A stretch of 64,000 bases of DNA from an uncultured Methanolobus sp. (GTDB lineage Archaea; Halobacteriota; Methanosarcinia; Methanosarcinales; Methanosarcinaceae). Below, piece after piece: positions 42,639 through 52,485 of the stretch. The stretch covers positions 2,720,001 through 2,784,000 of the forward strand of contig OY776215.1 in NCBI GenBank assembly GCA_963675495.1, written 5' to 3'. The first letter of the stretch is position 1; each line of letters begins with the position of its first letter. The notes beneath the pieces are model-generated. The model was not told the DNA's origin, ran no database searches, and saw only the letters and a program-made list of their open reading frames with translations. The translations under genes and the position numbers were made by a program.

Positions 42639-44468
42639 ATGAATGAAAATAAACTGAAGGGATTTGCGGAGAAAACCGCATTCCTTTTAATATTTAGTGC
42701 CTGCATCCTGGTGGGAATGGGAGCGGCAGCTGCAACGGCTACCGTAGCAGTTGATGATTCATTTGCACAGGCTCTATCTCCTGGGGATACATTCGACGTG
42801 ATTGTGACCCTTGATTCTGATGGAGTCATCGTGTCAACATTGGGTGTTGAACTCAACTACGATCCAGCTGCACTTCAGGTTAACGATATAACCCAGAACG
42901 GTTTATTCGGTGCCACTGTAAATGCGGATTATTTGTTGGATGCAAACAATGGTGACGATGGCGCAGGAACCATATACTATGCAGTTTCAGGAACAACTGC
43001 AGAAGCAAAGAATGGTGATTTTATCACTGTTGAGTTCGAGGTTCTGCCAGCCATTCCTGATGGGGCTTATCCTCTGGAACTTGGCATGGTGGAATTGCTC
43101 CTCGGCGCAACTGATGTCCCTGCAGATGCCATTGATGGTGTCGCTACAGTCGGAACTGTTGTTGTAGTTAATGGAAATCCTGAAGTATCAGTATTTCCAG
43201 CAACTATCTATGCAAACCCTGGTGACATATTTAACGCAAAAGTTCAACTGGATTCTGACGGTGAAGATGTTTCCACAATGGAAGTAGAACTCACTTACGA
43301 TCCAACAGTTCTTGATGTACTTGGAATTACCCAGAATGGGCTTTTCGGTGCTGTTGAGAACGTGGACTATGTAGTAGTTCCAGGTAATGGTGATGATGGA
43401 GCAGGTACGATAATGTACGGACTTGCTGGCACTGTTGCAGAACCAAAAGATGGAGATTTCATTACTATTGAATTCGAAGTCATAGGAACTGCAGCTGATG
43501 GAAGCTATCCATTGGACCTTATGGATGTAGAACTGCTGAATGGAGCAGATGAGGTCGATGGTGTCGTCGTCAATGACGGGTCTGTTGAAGTCACAAATGT
43601 TCCAAACATTGTTCCGATACCGGATATAACGTCTCACACAGATGGGGAAACAGTTTCACATGTAGAGATTGTTGAAGCTGTTGATAGTTCCACTGAAAAT
43701 GATGTCATGAGCACTACCTTTGAGATCTTTGCAGATCTTGATGCTGATTGCCTGGCTGATGATGTTGGTGAGGAATGGGCCGAGATCGGAACTGATGTTG
43801 ATGGCACAGATGGATGGAAAGCTGTACTTGATACAACAACCGTGCCTGATGGAAAGTATCTCATAAAGGCTACTATGGATGATGGAAGGGACATTGCATT
43901 TGACATTATATGTGTCAATGTGTACAACCCAGAAGGAATCCTGCTGCAGCCTGGATGGAACTTCATATCAGTGCCAGAAACACTGGAGCAGCCACTTGTT
44001 GCCGATGTACTTCGTGACTTTACCATTGCGGAGATCGACTCAGTATTCTACGATGATCTCTCAACCGGTACAAATGTAATGGACATTCCAACAGAATTTG
44101 AACCTCTGAAGGGATACTGGGTACACAGCAGCATGACTGAAGACGTTGTAATTGACGAAAGCTATCTACAGAAGTCAACTACAATGCCAGCAACACCAGC
44201 ATCACTCCAACTCTATCCGGGCTGGAATGCTATTGGACACACAGCACTTGATGAACAGCCAGCAGAGGTTGCCTTGCTGGCAATTGACGGTTGTTATGTC
44301 AAGATACAGGGACCATGGGTTCCTTCTGCCAATGAATATGCATACATTGGCCTTAACACAGAAGATGGATCTGAACTTACCGGTAATCTTGTAACAACCG
44401 GTGATTTCAAACTTGATTCATATGAAGGATTCTATGTCTTTGTTCAGGAGGAGTGCCTGCTAGGTTAA
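42639..44468 (+). CDS. Secreted scaffold protein with two cohesin domains, an Ig-like domain and a C-terminal L.PGWN repeat domain
   Basis: Twice PGD.F...V.LDSDG..VST..VEL.YDP..L.V..ITQNGLFG...GTI.Y...GDFIT.EFEV; LDTTTVPDGKY; LQPGWNFIS/LYPGWNAIG; GAAGGTG RBS. Confidence 0.82.
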   Translation: MNENKLKGFAEKTAFLLIFSACILVGMGAAAATATVAVDDSFAQALSPGDTFDVIVTLDSDGVIVSTLGVELNYDPAALQVNDITQNGLFGATVNADYLLDANNGDDGAGTIYYAVSGTTAEAKNGDFITVEFEVLPAIPDGAYPLELGMVELLLGATDVPADAIDGVATVGTVVVVNGNPEVSVFPATIYANPGDIFNAKVQLDSDGEDVSTMEVELTYDPTVLDVLGITQNGLFGAVENVDYVVVPGNGDDGAGTIMYGLAGTVAEPKDGDFITIEFEVIGTAADGSYPLDLMDVELLNGADEVDGVVVNDGSVEVTNVPNIVPIPDITSHTDGETVSHVEIVEAVDSSTENDVMSTTFEIFADLDADCLADDVGEEWAEIGTDVDGTDGWKAVLDTTTVPDGKYLIKATMDDGRDIAFDIICVNVYNPEGILLQPGWNFISVPETLEQPLVADVLRDFTIAEIDSVFYDDLSTGTNVMDIPTEFEPLKGYWVHSSMTEDVVIDESYLQKSTTMPATPASLQLYPGWNAIGHTALDEQPAEVALLAIDGCYVKIQGPWVPSANEYAYIGLNTEDGSELTGNLVTTGDFKLDSYEGFYVFVQEECLLG

Positions 44469-44527
44469 GAAAAGAATTGAAAGTGAGGTATATGCATATC
44501 TCACTTTTTTATTTCATAGGTGGTAAC

Positions 44528-45178
44528 ATGAATAAAAATCGAATCTTTGCTTTATCAATTCAAATTCTTATATTTTGTATGTTATTAGTAAATCAGGCTT
44601 CCGCAAATCCTCCCATAGTACTGGAAGGGAGTGTTTTGATCGATGGGGCTCCTGCTCCGGTGGGAACAGAGATCAAAGCCATGTGTGAAGGCAGTGTGGT
44701 TGGTACTACTACTGTTGATAATGAAGGTCTTTACAGTGATACAAGGGATAACAGACTTGGTATTTCTTCTGAGTGTTCGACGGTTACATTGCTTGTTAAT
44801 GGCATAGAGGCCAAAGTTATAAATCTTGATGATATTGACGTTGGAGAAATAATGGTCGTTGATCTTCAGATTTCACCCAGCAGCAGCAGCAGTTCGTCAA
44901 CTGAAAAAACCACTAGTAGTGGCGGTGGTGGGGGTTATGTAGCACCACCAGTTGAAGAAGAGACAACCGATGAAATTGTTGATGATACTGAACAGCCAGT
45001 GGAAGAAATGGCTATGAGTAGCACAGACGATCCTGTTGAGGAACAGGAAACTGAATCTGAACCAGTGGAAGATGAGGAACTGGAGGAAGTACAAAGTGCT
45101 GATTTCCCAACAATGGTCGGTATAGGCTCTATGCTCATGGCATTCTGTGTGCTGATATACAGAAGAGCAAAAGATTGA
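44528..45178 (+). CDS. Membrane-anchored surface protein
   Basis: Signal peptide, G.V.IDG.PAPVGT.I domain, Ser/Gly and acidic linker, C-terminal TM + RRAK; AGGTGG RBS. Confidence 0.78.
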   Translation: MNKNRIFALSIQILIFCMLLVNQASANPPIVLEGSVLIDGAPAPVGTEIKAMCEGSVVGTTTVDNEGLYSDTRDNRLGISSECSTVTLLVNGIEAKVINLDDIDVGEIMVVDLQISPSSSSSSSTEKTTSSGGGGGYVAPPVEEETTDEIVDDTEQPVEEMAMSSTDDPVEEQETESEPVEDEELEEVQSADFPTMVGIGSMLMAFCVLIYRRAKD

Positions 45179-45190
45179 ATAGAATAACTT

Positions 45191-45218
45191 AAGTTGGCCA
45201 CGATGCCAACTTTTTTTT
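45191..45218 (+). terminator. Terminator closing the dockerin/cohesin operon
   Basis: AAGTTGGC/GCCAACTT stem followed by a T run. Confidence 0.7.
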
Positions 45219-45294
45219 CAATTTTAGATATTGAAACCTTAAATTCACCTCAAAAACATATAATAAAATGGTAATAATTGGGTAATATTTTGTA

Positions 45295-45534
45295 GTGGAT
45301 GTGGTTATCATAAGACGAAGCAGAACGGCCATAAGTGTGGAAATATTAAGAGCTGCATTAGAAGGGGCAAAAAAAACACACATTGTGTACCGTGCAAATT
45401 TGAACTTTGAAGTTGTGAATAGATACCTGTCCCTGTTAAAAGAAAAGGGCCTGATCGAACAAAAAGGAAATCTTTATGTCACGACCGATAAAGGTAATGA
45501 GTTTCAAGAGGTTGCTAAGGAACTAGGTTTGTGA
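45295..45534 (+). CDS. Winged-helix transcriptional regulator
   Basis: RRSR..I...IL...GAKKTHIVYRANLNF..RYL..L...GLI...Y.TT.KG pattern; start uncertain. Confidence 0.85.
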   Translation: MDVVIIRRSRTAISVEILRAALEGAKKTHIVYRANLNFEVVNRYLSLLKEKGLIEQKGNLYVTTDKGNEFQEVAKELGL

Positions 45535-45540
45535 ATCGAT

Positions 45541-45677
45541 TGAATTTCTTGTAACCTACTATCTATTTTATATCTTTTGCAGGACGTTGGATTAGCATAT
45601 TATTTTTTGAATTTCAATAGGTTTTTAACCGATAACTCGTATAATAAAGCTGAATTTCATGAGTTTTGAATTTCATG
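45541..45677. promoter_or_regulatory. Repeated TGAA-T-TTCA palindromes upstream of sufC
   Basis: TGAATTTC(A) at 45541, 45608, 45651 and 45667. Confidence 0.45.
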
Positions 45678-45708
45678 GATTTTGATTACCAAAAAAGGAG
45701 GCCATATT

Positions 45709-46455
45709 GTGCTGGAGATAAATAATCTAACAGTTGAAATAGGTGGCCGAAGGATACTGAAAGGCGTTGACCTTAATGTTGAAGCCGGTTACACTAATGT
45801 TCTTTTTGGACCGAACGGAGCAGGCAAATCCGCACTTCTTATGACGCTGATGGGCTTCAGTGGTTATAATGTCGTAGAAGGAGAGATAATTTTCAAAGGA
45901 GAGGATATTACAAATATGTCTGTCTTTGAAAGGGCTCAGATGGGCATGGGTATCATGACACAAAGGCCTCCTAATATGAGTGGTGTAAAACTCCATGATC
46001 TTCTGAATGTCATTTCAAAAGAACCGATGGATACAGAGAGTCTTGCTGAAACATTGGACATGGTTCGGTTCTTTGAAAGGGACGTAAATGTAGGATTCTC
46101 AGGAGGAGAGATCAAAAGATCAGAGCTTCTCCAGCTTTCTGCACAGAATCCGGATTTTGTCCTTCTTGACGAACCGGAATCAGGCGTGGATCTCGTGAGC
46201 ATTGAGCAGCTTGGTCACACCATAAAAGAACTCTTAAAGAAAGACTGCAAATGTGCTGGTGATAGATGCAAACATGGAAAATCTGCACTGGTGATCACAC
46301 ATACAGGGCAGGTTCTTGATTACATTGAAGCGGACAGAGGATATATCCTATGCAATGGAACGGTCATGTGCTCAGGAAATCCACGTGAAATGCTGACAGA
46401 GATCAAGCAACAGGGATATGAGGAGTGTATCAAATGCAAGCTGATGAAGATATGA
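45709..46455 (+). CDS. sufC: Fe-S assembly ATPase SufC (SmsC type)
   Basis: GPNGAGKS, NVGFSGGE, LLDEPESG, ITH motifs and C-terminal ECIKC; GTG start after AGGAGG. Confidence 0.9.
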   Translation: MLEINNLTVEIGGRRILKGVDLNVEAGYTNVLFGPNGAGKSALLMTLMGFSGYNVVEGEIIFKGEDITNMSVFERAQMGMGIMTQRPPNMSGVKLHDLLNVISKEPMDTESLAETLDMVRFFERDVNVGFSGGEIKRSELLQLSAQNPDFVLLDEPESGVDLVSIEQLGHTIKELLKKDCKCAGDRCKHGKSALVITHTGQVLDYIEADRGYILCNGTVMCSGNPREMLTEIKQQGYEECIKCKLMKI

Positions 46456-47657
46456 GAAGGAAAGCAGAGAACGCACTCAAGAAGAAAGCTGCCTATGGAG
46501 AGGATTTCGATCTTGATGAATATGGGATTGCATCAGAAAATGCTGAAAAGACCGATGATCTCGAAGAACTCAGTGAAGAGGACCAGAGAACACTCCTGAA
46601 TGTGGGATTCACACCTTCTGAAGATAACAGGTCAGGTAGTCTCATTATGCTTGACAATACAGTGACACATACATCCCTACGTAATGAGGATGTTGTAGAA
46701 TTGATGTCCCTTAAGGATGCAATGAAGACTCATGAATGGGTTGAGGATTATGTTTGGAAGCTTGTTAAGCCGGATGCAGACAAATATACTGCAATGAGCT
46801 ATCTTCAGGAAGCAAACGGATATTTCATAAGAGCTCCAGAAGGTAAAAAATCAAAGATGCCAGTCCAGACATGCTTACTTTTGGGCTCAAAGCAGGTTTC
46901 CCAGACAGTTCATAATATAGTCATCGTTGAGGAAGGAGCAGAGCTTGATGTTATTACTGGATGCTCTACAAAACATGGAGTCGACAAAGGTCTTCACCTT
47001 GGAATTTCAGAGATGTATGTTAAAAAGGGAGCAACCCTTAATTTCACTATGATCCACAATTGGGCAGAGCAAATTGGTGTCAGACCAAGGACTGTTGTTC
47101 ATGTGGAAGAAGGCGGTACGTACATCAGTAATTATATCACTCTTAAACCTGTCAGATCCGTACAGGCTTACCCAACAGTAATTCTTGAGGGCAAGGGTGC
47201 ATTTGCAAGATTGAATACAATAGCTGTGGCACATCCGGGTTCCGAGCTTGATCTTGGAAGCAAGGTTATCTTTGAAGCAGAGGATACAAAAGCTGAACTT
47301 ATATCTAGGACGATCACCACAGGAGGCGATGCAATTGCCCGGGGTGAGATGATAGGTAATGCAAACAATGCCAAAGGACATCTTGAATGTCATGGTCTCG
47401 TGCTTGGCGGTGGAATGCAAAGAGCTATTCCTATACTTGAAGCAAATGTTGAAGATATCGAATTGTCTCATGAGGCTGCTGTTGGCAGGATAGCACGAGA
47501 GCAGATAGAGTATCTTATGGCAAGAGGCCTTACAGAGGAAGAATCCGTGGGTATGATAGTAAGGGGCTTCCTTGATGTTGGCATCCAGGGTATTCCAGAT
47601 GAGCTAAAAGCTGATATCGATGCAACAATAGCGAAGATCGGAGAGAATGCAATTTGA
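46434..47657 (+). CDS. sufB: Fe-S scaffold SufB/SufD family (SmsB type)
   Basis: PVQTCL, TGC, GHLECHGL and LSHEAAVG...YLMARGL motifs. Confidence 0.9.
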   Translation: MQADEDMRRKAENALKKKAAYGEDFDLDEYGIASENAEKTDDLEELSEEDQRTLLNVGFTPSEDNRSGSLIMLDNTVTHTSLRNEDVVELMSLKDAMKTHEWVEDYVWKLVKPDADKYTAMSYLQEANGYFIRAPEGKKSKMPVQTCLLLGSKQVSQTVHNIVIVEEGAELDVITGCSTKHGVDKGLHLGISEMYVKKGATLNFTMIHNWAEQIGVRPRTVVHVEEGGTYISNYITLKPVRSVQAYPTVILEGKGAFARLNTIAVAHPGSELDLGSKVIFEAEDTKAELISRTITTGGDAIARGEMIGNANNAKGHLECHGLVLGGGMQRAIPILEANVEDIELSHEAAVGRIAREQIEYLMARGLTEEESVGMIVRGFLDVGIQGIPDELKADIDATIAKIGENAI

Positions 47658-47701
47658 TATTTCTCTCATTTTTACATTAATTAATTATCTGAGGAGAATG
47701 A

Positions 47702-48556
47702 ATGAATCAAAAATATGTGGCTATTTTTCTCGCTGCTATAATGGTAATGTCAATATTACCATTTTTTTTCAGCGGCAATTCGAACGATTCCAATGGGAAT
47801 GAAGAAGTTACAGACCTGGAGGATGCACCGGGTTTTGAGATTATTGACGGTACTCATTTTAATGCAGAAATAAACTCGATATCTGATGGGCTTGCAATCA
47901 CTCCAGAAGGTGTGTCAAATGCAGCATATATTGATTACTCAAAAGTATACGGCACTCCGCTTCAGGCCTTTGCTCCCAATATCACAGATCTTTATTCAAT
48001 ATATAATACTCTGATTATCAAAAGGTACTCTGCCTATAACGCCGAGGGGTTTGCATTTGAAGCACATGCACTTTCACCAGAGGTCGTCAATTTCCAGTAT
48101 ATAGGAGCAGGAACTTATAATGGATATCAACTTCTTTCAAGAGGTGGAGAACTTTTTAATGTGATTGGCACTCCTACTCTATTAGGTACTTCCAGTAGTC
48201 TTGAATCTGTTATCAATGTCTCATCAGGCATGTCCGATTCTTCTACAGAATATGATGAAATACTTGGATATGTGGTACCAGGGGCTGAATATCAGATGCT
48301 GAGCTCTGATGATCTCATTGCTGAGCAACATTATCTGGAATTCAGAAACATGGAAGATGGAAATTACACAAAGACGGAGATATTCCTGAATCCATTGGAA
48401 GGCACGATCAATACAATCGCAGGCTTTGAAGCCAACAGTACTGAAAGGGGTCTGGTATATAATACGACTATTGAGGATGACGGAAGGATCTTAACAGTTG
48501 TTGTTATGAGCAATGAATCAAATTTCTTTAATCTTGCAATAGAACAATACTGGTGA
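47702..48556 (+). CDS. Hypothetical N-terminally anchored/secreted protein
   Basis: N-terminal hydrophobic helix, acidic body and GAGGAG RBS. Confidence 0.7.
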   Translation: MNQKYVAIFLAAIMVMSILPFFFSGNSNDSNGNEEVTDLEDAPGFEIIDGTHFNAEINSISDGLAITPEGVSNAAYIDYSKVYGTPLQAFAPNITDLYSIYNTLIIKRYSAYNAEGFAFEAHALSPEVVNFQYIGAGTYNGYQLLSRGGELFNVIGTPTLLGTSSSLESVINVSSGMSDSSTEYDEILGYVVPGAEYQMLSSDDLIAEQHYLEFRNMEDGNYTKTEIFLNPLEGTINTIAGFEANSTERGLVYNTTIEDDGRILTVVVMSNESNFFNLAIEQYW

Positions 48557-48784
48557 TATTGTATCGCCATTTTCTCTTTTTTTTTGTTTATTTTTCTGCC
48601 ACAAGCTTTATACCTGAACAAGTTATTAATTGACTCCAATTGCGCATTCAGCAGATTATTATTTGTCCGGATGTAGTAATTCAAAGCCAATATTTGGCAT
48701 TGAACTTTGTGTCAGTTAATTATTGATAATATTATTGCAATCATAATTGGCCAAATTAACCGGGATTACCGGCATACAATGAAT

Positions 48785-48824
48785 AATGAAAAACCATAGT
48801 ATATAATTGTGGTTTCGAAGGAGA
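48785..48824 (+). promoter_or_regulatory. K-turn-like element abutting the rpl7ae RBS
   Basis: AAU-GA, AAACCAUAG/UUGUGGUUU stem, C-GA, then AGGAGA. Confidence 0.45.
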
Positions 48825-48831
48825 ATATAAT

Positions 48832-49188
48832 ATGGCAGCTAAATTTGATGTTCCAGAAGAACTTGTAATTAAAGCACTTGAGAGTGTAGAACTGGCGAGA
48901 GACACAGGTAAATTAAAAAAAGGCATAAATGAAGTGACAAAAGCTATCGAGAGAGGCATCACAAAGCTTGCAGTAATTGCAGAAGATGTTGATCCTGCTG
49001 AAGTTATTGCACACATTGCACCACTCTGTGAAGAGAAGAATGCTGCTTATATCTATGTTAAAGAGCAGAAAGAGCTCGGTGCTGCCTGTGGAATAGGTGT
49101 TGCTTGCTCCGCTGTCGCTATTATCGACGCTGGCAAGGGCGGCGAACTTGTTGAAGACATTGCACAGAAAGTAAGTGCGCTTAAATAA
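48832..49188 (+). CDS. rpl7ae: 50S ribosomal protein L7Ae
   Basis: [21 protein letters not shown] and ELGAACG motifs. Confidence 0.97.
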   Translation: MAAKFDVPEELVIKALESVELARDTGKLKKGINEVTKAIERGITKLAVIAEDVDPAEVIAHIAPLCEEKNAAYIYVKEQKELGAACGIGVACSAVAIIDAGKGGELVEDIAQKVSALK

Positions 49189-49210
49189 TTCTGATACGTG
49201 AGGTATCGCT

Positions 49211-49426
49211 ATGGCAGATGAAGATACAGGCTATGCGGCTGAAGTCATCGATGTTATCGGGAATACCGGTATGCATGGTGAAGCCAGCCAGATCCAGTGC
49301 CGTGTGCTTGAAGGCCGTGATAAGGGCCGTATAATCACCCGAAATTGTGTTGGTCCTGTAAGGATCGGTGACATTATGATGTTAATCGAGACTTCCAGAG
49401 AGGCTAAAAAACTGACTACCAGATGA
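49211..49426 (+). CDS. rps28e: 30S ribosomal protein S28e
   Basis: GNTGMHGE and [21 protein letters not shown] motifs. Confidence 0.97.
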   Translation: MADEDTGYAAEVIDVIGNTGMHGEASQIQCRVLEGRDKGRIITRNCVGPVRIGDIMMLIETSREAKKLTTR

Positions 49427-49436
49427 GGTGACTACA

Positions 49437-49625
49437 ATGGAACAAAGAAAATGTTCTTTTTGCGGTGAATTTCTTGAACCAGGAACCGGTAAGCTCTTCG
49501 TAAAGAAGGATGGCTCTTCCTATTACTTCTGTTCATCCAAATGCGAAAGCAACTTCGAGCTTGGAAGGTTACCAAGACGTACAGTCTGGACCGAACAGGG
49601 CAGAATTTACTTGAAGAAAGCATAA
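49437..49625 (+). CDS. rpl24e: 50S ribosomal protein L24e
   Basis: CSFCG..EPGTG..FCSSKC..WT motif; GAGGTG RBS. Confidence 0.97.
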   Translation: MEQRKCSFCGEFLEPGTGKLFVKKDGSSYYFCSSKCESNFELGRLPRRTVWTEQGRIYLKKA

Positions 49626-49638
49626 TTGGGTGTTCTAA

Positions 49639-50088
49639 ATGGAACAAACATACATTATGATCAAACCTGATGCAGTACAGCGTGGACTGATGGGTGAGAT
49701 CATATCAAGGATAGAGAACCGTGGTCTTAAGATCGCAGCTATGAGACTGGGTGTCATGAGTGAAGAGAGTGCAAAGGAGCACTACAAGGAGCATGCTGAA
49801 AGGCCCTTCTTTGTTTCACTTATAGAATATGTGACATCAGGTCCTTCTGTTTCCATGGTGGTGGAAGGAAAGAATTCCATTGCTATCATGCGTGCAGTGA
49901 ACGGTGCAACAAATCCTGTTGATGCACTCCCAGGTACAATAAGGGGAGACCTTGCAATTGAAACAGGCAGAAATGTAGTACATGCTTCTGATTCGACAGA
50001 ATCCGCACAGCGTGAGATAGCTATTCACTTCAAGGATTCAGAGATAGTTAACTATTCAAAGATCGATGAGGTCTGTCTATACGAGTAA
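49639..50088 (+). CDS. ndk: Nucleoside diphosphate kinase
   Basis: IKPDAVQRGL, PGTIRGD and NVVHASDS motifs. Confidence 0.97.
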   Translation: MEQTYIMIKPDAVQRGLMGEIISRIENRGLKIAAMRLGVMSEESAKEHYKEHAERPFFVSLIEYVTSGPSVSMVVEGKNSIAIMRAVNGATNPVDALPGTIRGDLAIETGRNVVHASDSTESAQREIAIHFKDSEIVNYSKIDEVCLYE

Positions 50089-50192
50089 GTATGGACAGTC
50101 GGGATGTTTGCAATTATAATGCAAATATCCTGAAGTATCCTTTACTGTAAATTATTTTCCAATCATCCAAATATCTTTGAAGGGGCTTGTTC

Positions 50193-51971
50193 ATGGTTGT
50201 AAATGAAGATCTACGTACACCAATAGTTTCTGTGATGGGACATGTCGATCACGGAAAAACGACTTTGCTTGATATAATCAGGGGAAGTGCCGTTGCCGAA
50301 GGAGAGGCAGGTGCCATTACTCAGCACATAGGTGCAACTGAGGTTCCTATTGATAATATTGTTAACAAATGCGGGGATCCATCACTTAAGGAGAGGTTCA
50401 TCGTCCCGGGGCTTTTGTTCATTGACACGCCCGGGCACCATGCATTCACTTCCCTGAGAAGTAGGGGAGGAGCGCTTGCAGACCTCGCTATTGTGATTGT
50501 CGATATTAATGAGGGATTTATGCCTCAGACGATCGAAAGTCTTCACATACTTAAGAGATTCAAGACTCCTTTTGTAGTTGTTGCAAATAAGATTGACAGG
50601 ATACATGGTTGGGAACCCAATAAGAATACACCTTTCCTTACTACATACAACAAGCAGAGTGAACGTGTAAAGACTGATCTTGACAACAAATTCTATGAAA
50701 TTGTTGGTGAGTTGTACAATCTTGGGTTCAATTCTGAACGATATGACCGGGTAAATGATTTCCAGCGTAACATCGGAGTCATTCCGATAAGTGCAGTAAC
50801 TGGCGAAGGTATTGCTGATGTGCTCATGATCCTTCTCGGACTTGCCCAGAAATTCCTCGAGGGAAGCCTGCATTATAATGCAAAGAGCCCTGGAATTGGA
50901 ACAGTCCTTGAAGTAAAAGAAGAGAAAGGTCTTGGAACAACTATTGATACTATACTTTATGATGGAATCATCAAAAAAGGTGATACTATAGTTGTAGGAA
51001 GCCTTGGCGACCCCATCCAGACAAAGATAAGGGCATTATTGAAACCACGTCCGCTTTCAGAGATCAAAGCTGAGGAAAAATTCAAGCAGGTGGCTGAAGT
51101 CACAGCTGCGGTTGGAGTTAAGATTTCAGCTCCGAACCTTGAAGGCGCACTTGCAGGAGCTCCTGTAAGGGTTGTGAACCTGGAAACCATCGAAGCTGTT
51201 ACCGCAGAAGTAAAAAGCGAAATAGCAGATGTCCAGATTGATACTGACTCTGTTGGTGTCACAATAAAAGCTGATACCATAGGTTCTCTTGAAGCTCTTG
51301 TAAACGAGCTCAAGAAAGAAGAGATCCCTATAAGAAAAGCACATGTAGGTGACGTCAGCAACAGGGATATCGTGGAAGTTTCAGCAATTGAAGATCCATT
51401 CTATTCGGTAATTATCGGATTCAACGTAAAGGTTCTTCCTGATGCAAAAGAGAAGCTCCAGACTACTTCGGAAGTAACACTTTTCAGGAACGATGTGATA
51501 TATCGCTTGATAGATGATTACAAAGACTGGGTCAAGAAGCAAAAGGAACTTGCGGAAAAAGAGATCTCCGATACCATCACCAAACCCGGACGGTTCCAGA
51601 TAATGCCAGATTGTATATTCCGTCAAAGCAAACCCGCTGTGGTTGGTGTTAAGATCGTTAGCGGAACTGTTAAGACGAACGTAGATGTGGTTAACACAAA
51701 CGGTGAAGTCATTGGTAAGGTCAAAGGTCTTCAGCTAAGGGGAGAGAACATTTCCGTGGCTAAGATCGGTATGGAAGTTGCAATGGCTCTTGAAGGACCG
51801 ACGGTTGGAAGACAGATAAAGGAAGAGGATACGCTCTTTGTGAATGTCCCTGAAAGACACGCAAAGAAAATCGAACATGATATTTACGACTCAATGACTG
51901 CAGATGAATTAGAAGCACTGGATGCGTTTCTTGCAATTAAGAGAAGGGATAATCCTTTCTGGGCGAAATAA
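50193..51971 (+). CDS. infB: Translation initiation factor aIF5B (IF-2)
   Basis: LRTPIVSVMGHVDHGKT, ITQHIGA, DTPGH and NKID motifs. Confidence 0.97.
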   Translation: MVVNEDLRTPIVSVMGHVDHGKTTLLDIIRGSAVAEGEAGAITQHIGATEVPIDNIVNKCGDPSLKERFIVPGLLFIDTPGHHAFTSLRSRGGALADLAIVIVDINEGFMPQTIESLHILKRFKTPFVVVANKIDRIHGWEPNKNTPFLTTYNKQSERVKTDLDNKFYEIVGELYNLGFNSERYDRVNDFQRNIGVIPISAVTGEGIADVLMILLGLAQKFLEGSLHYNAKSPGIGTVLEVKEEKGLGTTIDTILYDGIIKKGDTIVVGSLGDPIQTKIRALLKPRPLSEIKAEEKFKQVAEVTAAVGVKISAPNLEGALAGAPVRVVNLETIEAVTAEVKSEIADVQIDTDSVGVTIKADTIGSLEALVNELKKEEIPIRKAHVGDVSNRDIVEVSAIEDPFYSVIIGFNVKVLPDAKEKLQTTSEVTLFRNDVIYRLIDDYKDWVKKQKELAEKEISDTITKPGRFQIMPDCIFRQSKPAVVGVKIVSGTVKTNVDVVNTNGEVIGKVKGLQLRGENISVAKIGMEVAMALEGPTVGRQIKEEDTLFVNVPERHAKKIEHDIYDSMTADELEALDAFLAIKRRDNPFWAK

Positions 51972-52038
51972 TTCGAATGCATATTCATAAAGACAGATCA
52001 TAACAACAGGAACAATAAACTAATAAGGAGGAAAAAAT

Positions 52039-52458
52039 ATGGCAGATTTCAAAGTAGTGGTAGCAGATCCTAAGACAAAGTCATACCAATTCGATGTCAC
52101 AGGCGCTGAAGCTAATAAATTAGTTGGTAAATCTATTGGAGAGACCGTTGATGGAGCAATCACTGGTTTACCCGGATACACACTTAAGATTACCGGAGGA
52201 AGCGACAAGAGCGGAATGGTCATGAGACCGGACCTTCCTGGACCAAGTAGAAGGAAAGTACTCGTTGCAGAAGGAACTGGTTATTCACCAGTCGCAAAAG
52301 GTGTACGCCGCAGAAAGATGATGCGTGGAAAGGAAATTGCACCTGACATCATTCAGATCAACACAGTTGTTGTCGAATATGGTGACAAGACCATAGAGAA
52401 GATCCTTGGTGGCGACGAAGAGCCAGCTGAAGAAGTTGAAGCAGCAGCAGAAGAGTGA
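52039..52458 (+). CDS. rps6e: 30S ribosomal protein S6e
   Basis: [11 protein letters not shown] and [13 protein letters not shown] motifs. Confidence 0.96.
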   Translation: MADFKVVVADPKTKSYQFDVTGAEANKLVGKSIGETVDGAITGLPGYTLKITGGSDKSGMVMRPDLPGPSRRKVLVAEGTGYSPVAKGVRRRKMMRGKEIAPDIIQINTVVVEYGDKTIEKILGGDEEPAEEVEAAAEE

Positions 52459-52485
52459 GTTTCTCACTCTCTGATGCATTTTTAC

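Noticed and set aside
39125-44468. True cellulosome
   Set aside because: No glycoside hydrolase or carbohydrate-binding module is recognisable, and the host is a methanogen
44878-44935. CAG/AGT/GGT microsatellite-like run
   Set aside because: Simply encodes a Ser/Gly linker
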